Numbered from the stretch's first letter, positions 9,983 to 19,297 are shown. The stretch is DNA of 64,000 bases from Candidatus Latescibacterota bacterium (GCA_965204725.1 OZ242005.1:2944001-3008000), one strand, 5' to 3'. Notes: a model not told the origin generated them from the letters alone. Program-made: numbers and translations.

Positions 9983-10537
9983 ATGCAGGAGCTTCTTGAG
10001 CATCGCTTTATCGCGGGGATCGAATGGCGAGCGACACCCGATGGCGTGGTAGTCGAGGGGGTTGCGGTGCCGTATCGCACACCGACAGATATAGGCGGTC
10101 TATTTACAGAGCGCATCGAGGCGGGATCGTTTGGCGATGTTGCCGCGGCGGATGTGATCGCGAATGTGCAGCATCGGCGGGATCGCCCGTTGGCTCGTAC
10201 TGGACCATCGGGCGGTCTGGTGCTGTCGGATGGCCCTGAATCGCTGAGGGCGCGGTTGGTGCTCCCTGATACGACTGAGGGGCGCGACTGTGCGGTGCTG
10301 GTTCGTCAAGGCGTCTTACGCGGCTTTAGCATCGAGTTTTCGGTGAGGGATGGTGGCGAGACATGGACCGACACGGTGCGGTCTATTTCGGCGGCTGAGT
10401 TGCGCGGTCTGGCTTTAGTGGATCGCCCTGCCTATTCGGATGCTGAGATCGCTATACGTGCCAAGACCGTTAAACGGGGCAAGACTGCTAAATCGCTTGA
10501 GGGCGTCCCAGATCGGCGTAGGAGGGCGTGGCTATGA
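9983..10537 (+). CDS. HK97-family prohead protease (peptidase S78)
   Basis: 'EGVAVPY..FTERIEAGSF..NVQH..LART..GFSIEF..LVDRPAY'. Confidence 0.9.
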   Translation: MQELLEHRFIAGIEWRATPDGVVVEGVAVPYRTPTDIGGLFTERIEAGSFGDVAAADVIANVQHRRDRPLARTGPSGGLVLSDGPESLRARLVLPDTTEGRDCAVLVRQGVLRGFSIEFSVRDGGETWTDTVRSISAAELRGLALVDRPAYSDAEIAIRAKTVKRGKTAKSLEGVPDRRRRAWL

Positions 10538-10624
10538 TCGGGTATCCTGCGGTCTTGGCTAGGGCTTCGTACGGCGGAGAGCGGCGAAAGCGCGACCGTT
10601 TCTGGCGGAGGTGACCCTGAATGA

Positions 10625-11599
10625 ATGCAGGATTGGCTACGCACTCGGTCGATTGCTTCGTCTGCGTTGCCCGAGGAACACTTCGCGGTCGAGGCTTCGG
10701 CTGGCTTGGTGTCGCGGGCTTTCGGTATCGCGGAGGTGTCGCCAGCGGTCCCGGGTTTGGATTCTGCTATGCTGTCGATGATCGGTCGCTCTCTGATACG
10801 CCGTGGTGAATCGCTGTGGTTGATCGAGGTGGATCCGCAGTCGGGTGTGTCGTTGATCCCTGCATCGAGCTATGACTTGGATGGCGGGGATCGGCCTGCG
10901 AGCTGGCGGTATCGGCTGGACTTACAGGGGCCTAGTCGATTGCGTACGGTACGGCGCGGCTACGAGGAGGTGCTGCACGTGCGGATCAACGCGGATGCTG
11001 CGCGGCCGTGGAAGGGTCAAGCGCCGTGGACGGCGGCGAAGCTGTCGGTCAATGTGTTGGCTCAGTTAGAAAAGTCGCTGTCGTTAGAGACGAAGATCAC
11101 CCCTGCACGGATTGTGCCCTATCCCTATCACGATCAAGAGCAAGTGACGAACTTGCGGGATGGGTTAGAGCATGGGGGCTACTTGACGGTGGCCACGGCG
11201 CAAGGGGGTATGGACGCACCGTATCCCTCTAGCTCGTTAGAGCCGCGGTCGATTGGCCCTGAGCCTTCGGATGCGTTGGTACGGCTACGGCAACAGATGG
11301 TGTCTGAGTTGTTCGGGTGCTGCGGTTGTCCACAAGAGCTATTTGGTCTTGAGGGCGGCGAGGGGAACTCGGCGCGTGAGGCCCTTCGTAGATGGCTGCA
11401 CTCTACGTTGCTACCGTGGGGGGACGTGGTGAGTCAAGAATTATCTCGTAAGCTGGATCGGCAAATCTCGTTGTCGTTTGATCGTCTTATGGCGGGGGAC
11501 ATTGCTTCTCGCGCTCGGAGCTACATGCAGTTAGTGAGCGCGGGTATGGACCTTGCGAAGGCGGCGGCCTTGACTGGTTTGTTGGTGCAGGACGACTAG
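10625..11599 (+). CDS. Phage portal protein (short; 5' end probably damaged, original start ~10534)
   Basis: 'AVEASAGLVSRAFG..LIRRGESLW..EVLHVR..GCPQELFG..TLLPW..ELSRKL'. The upstream ATG at 10534 joins only after a 1-nt shift and readthrough of a TGA. Confidence 0.82.
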   Translation: MQDWLRTRSIASSALPEEHFAVEASAGLVSRAFGIAEVSPAVPGLDSAMLSMIGRSLIRRGESLWLIEVDPQSGVSLIPASSYDLDGGDRPASWRYRLDLQGPSRLRTVRRGYEEVLHVRINADAARPWKGQAPWTAAKLSVNVLAQLEKSLSLETKITPARIVPYPYHDQEQVTNLRDGLEHGGYLTVATAQGGMDAPYPSSSLEPRSIGPEPSDALVRLRQQMVSELFGCCGCPQELFGLEGGEGNSAREALRRWLHSTLLPWGDVVSQELSRKLDRQISLSFDRLMAGDIASRARSYMQLVSAGMDLAKAAALTGLLVQDD

Positions 11600-11605
11600 G
11601 GGGCC

Positions 11606-11634
11606 TTGCGCGGATGGGCGCACTGCCTTATTGT
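11606..11634 (+). promoter_or_regulatory. Sigma70-like promoter
   Basis: TTGCGC-17 bp-TATTGT immediately upstream of the structured region. Confidence 0.5.
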
Positions 11635-11640
11635 CTTTTT

Positions 11641-11780
11641 AGTTCAGCGCCGAACTAATCGCCTTCCCGCGATTAAATCCACTGTGGGGGCCAACTGCCC
11701 AAGTTGGCCCCCGAAATTAAGTGGTTCGGCGCACGGTGTGATTGTGGAGTCGAACCGTAGAACTTGGGCACAGTGTTTTT
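11641..11780 (+). ncRNA. Putative structured RNA / attenuator leader
   Basis: Nested stems 11647-55/11724-32, 11656-62/11669-75 and 11686-96/11702-12; downstream 11761-11775 is complementary to the loop and bulge. Confidence 0.5.
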
Positions 11781-11812
11781 AATCAACCCGGGGTGGGAGG
11801 AAAGGCGATGAC

Positions 11813-12121
11813 GTGGAAAATTCTACGCAGCATTCTACGCAGCACAATTCAGAAGCACAGCACGATATAGTCTCAGACCCTTCGGCGGATTCTGCCGCGG
11901 CGTTTCGCACACTCGAGTCGGCTATGGTGGACGCCAATATGACGGCTACAAAGCTACGTGCTCAGCACGAGGCTTTGAAGGCTGAGGTAGAGGATTTGAA
12001 GGCTCGTTTATTGAAGCAAGACAAGTTGTATAAGTCTGCTATTGACTTGGCCAATGAACGGGCTGCGATTTTGAGGGCTGAGAATAGAGATCTAAGGGAG
12101 TGGGTTAGTGCTCTTCCTTAA
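11813..12121 (+). CDS. Hypothetical coiled-coil protein
   Basis: 102-aa ORF with heptad pattern and element-like codon usage; GGAGG upstream; 12-bp duplication at 11820-11843. Confidence 0.55.
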   Translation: MENSTQHSTQHNSEAQHDIVSDPSADSAAAFRTLESAMVDANMTATKLRAQHEALKAEVEDLKARLLKQDKLYKSAIDLANERAAILRAENRDLREWVSALP

Positions 12122-12277
12122 AAATTGGCACCGTGCCCTATCTGAGCATAAGGCTAGGTGCTGACAGTGGCCATGACTGGAACCACTATAAAAACTCGAA
12201 GGTCCGCATCGCACAGCGTTAAGGAGCACCCGATTGAGTTCGGCGGGTTATTAGTCGTTCCAGTGCGGGATAAAAAA

Positions 12278-12554
12278 CAATGCCAATAACCATCATATCC
12301 ATCATTGAAATTTTAATCTCAATTATGATCTCAATGGTCAGGATGGGGCGGTTTGCCGGACACCGTTGGGGCTGCAATGCGATGCGTCGCGCAGTTACCA
12401 AAAAGTCCCGGCCAGGCATTGTTTTAGGTGAACAAATGATTTTCAATCTTTATACATTATATATGTATTTTTCGGGTTTGTCCAATGCCAATAACCATCA
12501 TATCCATCATTGAAATTTTAATCGTCAATTATAATTCTAATGGTCAGGATGGGG
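12278..12554. repeat. Two ~71-bp AT-rich direct repeats 205 bp apart
   Basis: caatgccaataaccatcatatccatcattgaaattttaatc...aatggtcaggatgggg at 12278-12348 and 12483-12554. Confidence 0.9.
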
Positions 12555-12701
12555 TTTTTGGCAGGCGGTATATAGGTATTTGGCGGCGCGTGGCAAGGCG
12601 CGGCAAGGCATGGCCCTGCGATGCGCAAAACTCTATAAATCCAACCAAATTTGTCTCAATTTATAAGCCTGCAAGGCGCGGCATGGCGATGGTCTTAAAT
12701 A

Positions 12702-12729
12702 CGCAAATCAGTAAATTTACTGATTTGCG
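12702..12729. repeat. Perfect 28-bp palindrome
   Basis: cgcaaatcagtaaatttactgatttgcg equals its own reverse complement. Confidence 0.95.
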
Positions 12730-12827
12730 GAAATAAGGTGCGGTATGGCGCGGCCCTGCCCTGCCTTAGCACTGAGAGACCGATGCAGGCACGTTTTGGT
12801 TTGTGCGGAAATAAGGTGCGGGCATAG

Positions 12828-12864
12828 CAACGCCCCGTCACCGGCAAGCGGCAACGGGGCGTTG
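12828..12864. terminator. GC-rich hairpin downstream of the LRR gene
   Basis: caacgccccgt...acggggcgttg; no clear U-tract. Confidence 0.4.
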
Positions 12865-12900
12865 GGCGTCCTCTACTCAGAGGACGATCTACTGCATGGG

Positions 12901-13749
12901 CTATTGACTGCGATGGATCGTTACGCCAATGTTTATCAAGTATTGGATATGGTCGTCGCTTGAAATTAATTCGCCATCTAGCCCAGTGGACCAAGCAATG
13001 TTCAGATTTCTTAGGTGCAAAATTCTCAAGGCGTCCAGACAAGCGAGCGGCTTGAAATTCGTAATACCCCGGTTGGCACTTATGTTCAGATTTTCCAACT
13101 TGGTCAGCTTTTCCAAAAAAGAAATATCCGTAAGGCTGGTCCCGTTCACCTTTAGCCTAGTCAAGTCGGTCATGTCGGCGACCAACCCGCTTATTTGAGC
13201 GTCACCAAGTTGTCGGTTGGAACCTACCGACAACACTTTCAACTTGGTCAGAGTTTTCAAGGAAGAAACATCCGTAAGGCCACTTTGGTACAAGAGCAAC
13301 GTTTCCAAGTTTTCCAGACCGGCCAAAGGAGTTACATCCTCAATGCTGTTGCCGCTTAGGCTCAGATATTCCAAGCCGGTCAGACCGGCCAAAGGCGCTA
13401 CACTCGTAATGCTGTTAACCCTTAAGATCAGAGTGTCCAAGTTGGTAGCGTGCTGAAGGCCGCGCAAACTCGTAATCCCTTTGTTGCTAGCGTCAAGCAC
13501 CCGTAGGCTATCCATGTCCGCTTCTGTTGGAACCAACGGGGCATGAATGCCTAGTTTCAACATAACCGCGTCCCTTAGCTTGGTGTCGCCAAAGTCAACG
13601 TCGCGCGAAACAGTAAACGTCCCTGTGGACGTTGCCGTGCCATCGTCCGTCACGGCTTTGTTTGAAGGGCTAAAGGCCGAGGAGTCGGACGAGCACCCGA
13701 TCCACACGGCGGCGAGGCCCGACAGGGCGAACCTAAGTAGGTTTTTCAT
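12901..13749 (-). CDS. Internalin-like leucine-rich-repeat lipoprotein
   Basis: Lipobox 'VWIGC'; repeated 'LxxLxLxxNxIxxVxPLAGL' units; AGGAG RBS; TTGACC-18-TAGACT promoter candidate upstream. Confidence 0.88.
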   Translation of the reverse strand: MKNLLRFALSGLAAVWIGCSSDSSAFSPSNKAVTDDGTATSTGTFTVSRDVDFGDTKLRDAVMLKLGIHAPLVPTEADMDSLRVLDASNKGITSLRGLQHATNLDTLILRVNSITSVAPLAGLTGLEYLSLSGNSIEDVTPLAGLENLETLLLYQSGLTDVSSLKTLTKLKVLSVGSNRQLGDAQISGLVADMTDLTRLKVNGTSLTDISFLEKLTKLENLNISANRGITNFKPLACLDALRILHLRNLNIAWSTGLDGELISSDDHIQYLINIGVTIHRSQ

Positions 13750-13844
13750 GGTTTTCTCCTTTTAGGTTAGGCTGTGGTGAATCCACGGCCTCATTGAAGC
13801 GGACAAGGTAGTCTATGAGCATTAAAGGGTCAAGGTCAAGGCGG

Positions 13845-14598
13845 TCATTCGATTTGGTGCTGTGGATGGTCTTTATTGGGTGCTCGACTAGGCGAAATTG
13901 TGCGAATTGTGCCTTTTGTGGCTTTCCAATGGGTTTTGAGTTCGGCGATCACGTCAATTTCGGTATGGTTCGGCAATTTACTAGGGGGGGTTTGCTCATT
14001 CTCACTAGGAATCTCTGTGCTAGGTACAACCAACAGATAGTAAATTGCCGCGGCGATGGCGTAGGATGGTTTGGCGGCCCTGCATGGCTTGGCCTTGCCC
14101 TGCCCTTGCGATGCTTTGGCGGCCCTGCGTTTCTCTTTGATCACTGCGAAGGGGGTAGCGAGGTAGTCTCGTATTCTTCTTTCGGATCGGTCGATGATCT
14201 TGAGTATTTGTTCGCGGCTATCTCCTGCGCGGTCGAGGATGTGTGCGCGGTAGGCGAGGTCGATGGCGTTGTTGCCGCGGCTGATTCGGCTGTTTTTGGC
14301 ACCGTCGGCTTTTTGCTCGTTGGTCAATCGCATCCCGAGGGGGAGGTTGTCTCGGCGCATGTAGTTGAATTGGCGATTGACCCAGTGGGCTACGATGAAC
14401 CCTGCGGCTTCCTCAGAGCAATAGACGCCGCGGTGTTTGGCGAGCTGGAGGAACTCGTTGTGGTGAGGCTGTTGTGCAGGTCGGCGGCGCCGTGGGGGTG
14501 CTTGACCCAATGGCGGCATGTGTAGAGGGTGTCTTTGGCTCTGTCGCGCATCTCTTTTTTGAGGTCGGCGAAGTCCGGGGCTTACTGAAAACCCCCGG
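13845..14598 (-). pseudogene. Truncated, frameshifted replicase-like protein with C-terminal HTH
   Basis: 'AYRAHILDRAGDSREQILKIIDRSERRIRDYL' HTH-like; an alternative frame upstream of ~14460 reads 'DFADLKKEMRDRAKDTLYTCRHW'. Rep identity is inferred. Confidence 0.4.
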
Positions 14599-14628
14599 CT
14601 CAAGCGATTACGCTAACAGGAGGATGGT

Positions 14629-15753
14629 ATGAGATACGATTTTGGCAGTGGATGCACAGACCCCAGCTCGTTTCCAACCGAGGCACTGGCCGAGGCGGCG
14701 AGCGCGGCCGTGCGCGCACTCGGCGCGAAGCTGGTGCGCTATCCCGGCGACATGGGCCACCAAGGCTTGCGCGAGCTCATGGCCGTGCGCGAGTCGCGGC
14801 GCGAGGGCATTGACGTGTCCGCCGATCACATCGCGCTGATGAACGGCTCCATGCAGGCTGTTACGCTGGTAGCCGAGGCGCTGATGGAAGGGCCGGGCGA
14901 CGTGATCGTCACCGAGGAATTGACCTATTCTGGGACGATTGGCGCGTACAAGCGATTGGGGGCCGAGTTGGTCGGAGTGCCGCTCGACGAGCAGGGCATG
15001 CGCGTCGATGCGCTGGCCGACGTCTTGGCCAGCTTGCACCGCAAGGGCACCCGGCCGCGCTTTATCTACACTTTGGCGACCTACCAAAACCCCACCGCCG
15101 CAGTCATGCCGCGGTCGCGCCGCCTAGAGCTGCTCGAAGTGGCTCGCTACTACGAGGCCATTGTGGTGGAGGACAACTGCTATGGCGACGTGCATTTTGA
15201 GGGGCCGCAAGAGCCGGCACTCTACGCGCTCGACGACAGCCCCAACGTCCTGTACATCGGCTCGCTGTCCAAAATTTTAGGCCCCGGGGTGCGATTGGGC
15301 TATCTGCTGGCCCGGCCGCCCATGCTGGAGCGGATCCTCGACCGCCGCTACGACGGGGGCAACAGCCTGCTGGCCGCGGCGAGCTGCGAGGCCCTGTTCC
15401 GCGACCGGCTCTGGCAGCACTTGGCCGAGACCAACGCCATCCTCCGCGAAAAGCGCGACGCCGTCTTGGCCGGTCTCGCAGCCAACGCCGGCGATCTATG
15501 CACGTGGTCGCGGCCTGTGGGCGGCATGTTCACTTGGATCGAGTTTTCCGAAGCGGTGGATCGCGATCGCCTCATGGCCTTGTGCGCCGAGCGCGGCATT
15601 GTGGTGGCGCGGGGGCAGGGCTTTCACATCCGGCGCGAGGACGTGCCGGCCATCCGCCTCGCCTTTGGCTTTGCCTCGCTGGAGGCCTGCCGCCAAGGCG
15701 TGCCCCTGTTGGCCGAGTGCATCCACGAGGCGCAGGTCCCCGTAATGGTCTGA
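14629..15753 (+). CDS. PLP-dependent aminotransferase (class I/II, MocR/LysN-like)
   Basis: 'YQNPT', 'VEDNCY', 'GSLSKILGPGVRLG'. Confidence 0.9.
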   Translation: MRYDFGSGCTDPSSFPTEALAEAASAAVRALGAKLVRYPGDMGHQGLRELMAVRESRREGIDVSADHIALMNGSMQAVTLVAEALMEGPGDVIVTEELTYSGTIGAYKRLGAELVGVPLDEQGMRVDALADVLASLHRKGTRPRFIYTLATYQNPTAAVMPRSRRLELLEVARYYEAIVVEDNCYGDVHFEGPQEPALYALDDSPNVLYIGSLSKILGPGVRLGYLLARPPMLERILDRRYDGGNSLLAAASCEALFRDRLWQHLAETNAILREKRDAVLAGLAANAGDLCTWSRPVGGMFTWIEFSEAVDRDRLMALCAERGIVVARGQGFHIRREDVPAIRLAFGFASLEACRQGVPLLAECIHEAQVPVMV

Positions 15754-17648
15754 TGGGCCTGCCCGAAATCGCCTTGGTCCAGCTAGCGGTCAAGCCCGGG
15801 CGACCCGACCTGAACGCGGAGCGGATGCTGGCCTTTATCGAGCAGGCGCGGGCGGCGGGCGCGGAGATCGTGGTCTTTTCCGAGCTGTGCATCAGCGGCT
15901 ATATCCTCGGCGACTTGTGGGAGATAGACGCTTACGTCGAGGACTTTGCCGCGTACAGCGACGAGATTTGCCAAGCTAGCACGGGGTTGACCGTGGTCTT
16001 TGGCAACGTGGCGATAGACCCCGTCCACAAGGGCCAAGATGGCCGGCGGCGCAAGTACAACGCCGTCTATGTGTGCTCCAACGGCGCGTACGTGGTGCGC
16101 GACGCCGTGCCCGCCGGGCTGCCCTGCGGCGTCCACCCCAAAACCCTGCATCCCAACTACCGATTCTTCGACGACGACCGGCACTTCTTCTCGCTGCGCC
16201 ACCTCGCGGAAGCAGAGGGCCGGCCGCTGGAGGACTGGCTGCATCCGTACCGGGTGCGGCTCAGGGACGGGCGGGCCTTTGGCTTTGGCGTGCAACTGTG
16301 CGAGGACATCTGGTGCGAGGACTACTGCCGCAGTGGCCGGCCCCTCGACACGCTCGCGCTGTATCACCGCCGCCGCGCTGAGGCCGTATTTAACCTCTCG
16401 GCCTCGCCCTTTACTTGGCAGAAAAGCGACAAGCGCAACCGCGTGGTGCGCCAAAGACTAGCGCACTCACCCCTGCCGTTTTTCTACGTCAACCAAGTCG
16501 GGGCGCAAAACAATGGCAAGAACATCATTGTATTTGACGGCGACAGCACCGCGTACGCGGCCACTGGATCCATTGTGTGCCGCGCTCGCCCGTGGCGGGA
16601 ACAACTCGTGCTCACCAGCCGCGCCGAGGTCGCACCGCCCCAAAGCGAAGTCGAAGCCCAGTACGCCGGCCTTCTCGCTGGGTTGCGGCACTTGGACGAC
16701 GTGCGCGGCGCGGAGAGCAAGTTCCTCATTGCGACGAGCGGCGGCGTGGACTCCAGCGTGGTCTGCTGTCTGCTGGAGCGCGCCTTTGGCCCCGAGCGCG
16801 TGTTCGCGCTCAACATGCCGACGCGCTTCAACGCCGCCGTCACCCAAGACAACGCCCGCTCGCTGTGCGCCGCGCTGGGCGTTGATTACCTTTGCTGCCC
16901 GATTGAATCGCTGTACCAAGCCGTAGCGGCCCTCGTGCAAGGCGCGGAATTTTCCGCCGGCCAAGGCGAGTACACTCAATTGGTAGATGAGAACGTGCAG
17001 GCGCGCATCCGCTTTGCCGATGTGCTTTCCGGCTTGGCGGCCAAATACGGACTCGTGTTCACGTCCAACGGCAACAAGACCGAGGTCGCTTTGGGCTATG
17101 CCACGCTCTACGGCGATGTCAGCGGCGCGGTCGCGCCGATTGCCGACCTGTACAAGGTGCAAGTCTTTGCGCTGGCGCGCTTTCTCAACGAAGAAATCTA
17201 TGGCCGCCCCGTGGTGCCGGAGAATTTGCTCGATGGCTCGGTGGTGCCCAGCGCCGAGCTGTCGGAGGCGCAAGACGTGACGCAGGGCTTGGGCGATCCG
17301 ATCAAGTATGGCTACCACGACGCCGTGCTACAGCAGTTCATCGAATACCGGCGGCACAGCAGCGATCTGTTGCAGTGGTTTATCGACGGCGTGCTGCTAG
17401 AGCGGCTGGGGTGGGACGATGCGGCGCGCTTTCGGGCGTACTTTCCAGACGCGCACCGTTGGATCGAAGACCTCGAATGGGTGGAGCACCAAGTGCGGAC
17501 CAACTACTTTAAGCGGATTCAAGCACCGCCGGTCATCGTCTTGAGCAAGCGCGCCTTTGGCTTTGATTTGCGCGAGACCCAACAGCCTTTCTACGCGCCG
17601 CGCCGCTGCGAACAGCTAAAGGCCGAGGCCCTGAAGGTGCAAATTTGA
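15753..17648 (+). CDS. nadE: Glutamine-dependent NAD+ synthetase
   Basis: Nitrilase domain ('FSEL', 'K', 'LCEDIW') plus synthetase domain ('SGGVDS', 'ENVQARIR', 'GNKTE..GYATLYGD', 'PSAEL'). Confidence 0.95.
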   Translation: MGLPEIALVQLAVKPGRPDLNAERMLAFIEQARAAGAEIVVFSELCISGYILGDLWEIDAYVEDFAAYSDEICQASTGLTVVFGNVAIDPVHKGQDGRRRKYNAVYVCSNGAYVVRDAVPAGLPCGVHPKTLHPNYRFFDDDRHFFSLRHLAEAEGRPLEDWLHPYRVRLRDGRAFGFGVQLCEDIWCEDYCRSGRPLDTLALYHRRRAEAVFNLSASPFTWQKSDKRNRVVRQRLAHSPLPFFYVNQVGAQNNGKNIIVFDGDSTAYAATGSIVCRARPWREQLVLTSRAEVAPPQSEVEAQYAGLLAGLRHLDDVRGAESKFLIATSGGVDSSVVCCLLERAFGPERVFALNMPTRFNAAVTQDNARSLCAALGVDYLCCPIESLYQAVAALVQGAEFSAGQGEYTQLVDENVQARIRFADVLSGLAAKYGLVFTSNGNKTEVALGYATLYGDVSGAVAPIADLYKVQVFALARFLNEEIYGRPVVPENLLDGSVVPSAELSEAQDVTQGLGDPIKYGYHDAVLQQFIEYRRHSSDLLQWFIDGVLLERLGWDDAARFRAYFPDAHRWIEDLEWVEHQVRTNYFKRIQAPPVIVLSKRAFGFDLRETQQPFYAPRRCEQLKAEALKVQI

Positions 17649-17695
17649 ACGAGACCCGGAACCACGAACCAACAGCCTCCAAAGGAGCTTGTATT

Positions 17696-19297
17696 ATGAC
17701 CGACCCTATTCTGCTCACCGACGAGCAGATGCGCGAGTTTATAGTCAATGGCTATCTGGTCTTTGAGCCGACCGTGCCCGAGGGGACGCACGAAGCGTGC
17801 TATGAGCAGCTCAATCAAATCATCGACTCGGAGCTAAACCCGGGCAACAATGTCCTGCCGCGGGTGCCGGCCATGCGCCACGTGCTCAACTCGCCCCAAG
17901 TGCGCGGGGCACTCATCAGCGTCTTAGGCCCGAACTACTTGGAGCATCCGCACCGCTACTGCCACTCCCTCAAGCCCGAGGAGGACGCCGTGCCCGCGCC
18001 CGAGGCCGAGGCAAGGCTGCGCCGCAACTGCCATCAGGATGGGTACACGCCCATGGGCCATCCGCGCCAGCACTACCTGCGCTATGCGCGCATCATGTAT
18101 TACCCGCAGGATTCGCCGGTCGAACTGGGGCCGACACACGTGATCCCGGGTACGCAGTTCAATCGCGGGCTGACCGACGAGGACCGGGCGCGCGCCTTGC
18201 CACTGGCCGGCCGGGCCGGTACGGTGTCCCTGACGCACTTCGACGTGGGCCACGCGGCCGGCGTCAGCCTGCTGCCGATGCGCCGGCACATGATCAAGTT
18301 CATCTACATGCGGGCCTCCGAGCCGACGGCCCCGACTTGGGACTGCCACAGTACGCACTGGCAAAAGCCCCAGCGCATTGAGCCGCCCTACGATCTGGAA
18401 CTGGCTTGGGCGCACACTTGGGACTGGCTCTGCGGCCAGCGGGACCGCTACGCGAGCTGGCCTCAAGCCGCTGGGGACGTGGCGGCCCTCATCGCCCAGC
18501 TCGACCCAAGCGTGGATCTGGCGCAGCGGCTTGCCGCGGCCCAGCAGTTGGCTGGCGCTGATGCGGCTGCGGCCGTGCCAACGCTCGTCGAGTGCTTGGG
18601 CACCGATCACCAAGCCATGCGCACGGCTGCGACCTACGCGCTGGGCGCGATCGGCGCACCGGCGGTCGAGCCGTTGGCCCAAGCCTTGCGCGAGGCCGGG
18701 CGCGAGGCCGACCAACACGAGGCCCCGCCCGCTTGGAACGAGGGCGCGACGAACATGGAAGACGCGGCGCAAGCCCTAGCGGCCGTTGGCGCGCCGGCGG
18801 TCGAGGCACTCTGTGCATTGTTGGCGGACGAAAGCGAGTGGACGCGCGTCAACGCCGCCTTTGCCCTCGGGGAGATGGATTCGCATGCGGTGGCCGCCGT
18901 CCCGGCGCTGACGAGGACCCTCCAAGACAGCTCACACCGCTTGGTGCGCACGGCTCTGGTCGCTCTCGGCAATATCGCGCAGGGCGTACCTGTAGAAGCC
19001 TTGGGGAACATGCTCTCGGCCGACCATCCAGACTGGCGAGAGGAAGCTGTCCGCCGCTGGGTCCCCCGCGATCAGGTGCGGACCAACGCCGCGATAGCCT
19101 GCGCCCAGCTCGGCCAAGCCGCCGCTCCGTTAGAACCCCAGCTCTTCAGGGCACTCGACGACCCCTGCGGCCACGTGGGCGCATTCGCGCTTAGTGCCCT
19201 GCAACAGCTTGGCTCGCCCACAGCCAAGCAAGCCGCAATGGACTACCTCTACTCGCAACGCTGGGATGCGGCTATCGACGGCGAGCGACAGTTTTAA
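17696..19297 (+). CDS. Phytanoyl-CoA dioxygenase-family protein fused to HEAT repeats
   Basis: 'EFIVNGY', 'HQDG', 'YYPQD..GPT..PGT'; C-terminal PBS/HEAT repeats 'AATYALGAIG', 'AAFALGEM'. Confidence 0.82.
   Translation: MTDPILLTDEQMREFIVNGYLVFEPTVPEGTHEACYEQLNQIIDSELNPGNNVLPRVPAMRHVLNSPQVRGALISVLGPNYLEHPHRYCHSLKPEEDAVPAPEAEARLRRNCHQDGYTPMGHPRQHYLRYARIMYYPQDSPVELGPTHVIPGTQFNRGLTDEDRARALPLAGRAGTVSLTHFDVGHAAGVSLLPMRRHMIKFIYMRASEPTAPTWDCHSTHWQKPQRIEPPYDLELAWAHTWDWLCGQRDRYASWPQAAGDVAALIAQLDPSVDLAQRLAAAQQLAGADAAAAVPTLVECLGTDHQAMRTAATYALGAIGAPAVEPLAQALREAGREADQHEAPPAWNEGATNMEDAAQALAAVGAPAVEALCALLADESEWTRVNAAFALGEMDSHAVAAVPALTRTLQDSSHRLVRTALVALGNIAQGVPVEALGNMLSADHPDWREEAVRRWVPRDQVRTNAAIACAQLGQAAAPLEPQLFRALDDPCGHVGAFALSALQQLGSPTAKQAAMDYLYSQRWDAAIDGERQF

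Larger units (their letters stand above)
5461..14598. mobile_element. Decaying capsid-forming phage-satellite-like element (HK97 head/packaging module, no tail, no integrase seen)
   Basis: Abrupt compositional shift at both ends; TerL, HNH, capsid, protease and portal genes; Rep-like remnant; cargo LRR lipoprotein. Boundaries approximate. Confidence 0.75.

Noticed and set aside
6850-11599. Gene transfer agent or encapsulin
   Set aside because: No tail genes, gene order differs from RcGTA-type clusters, composition is foreign and genes are decaying; terminase and portal exclude an encapsulin.
12278-12554. DGR template/variable repeat pair or CRISPR array
   Set aside because: No reverse transcriptase, differences are not adenine-specific substitutions in a gene, and there are only two long units.
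13815-14525. 236-aa plus-strand ORF
   Set aside because: Antisense shadow of the Rep-like remnant; no recognisable motifs.
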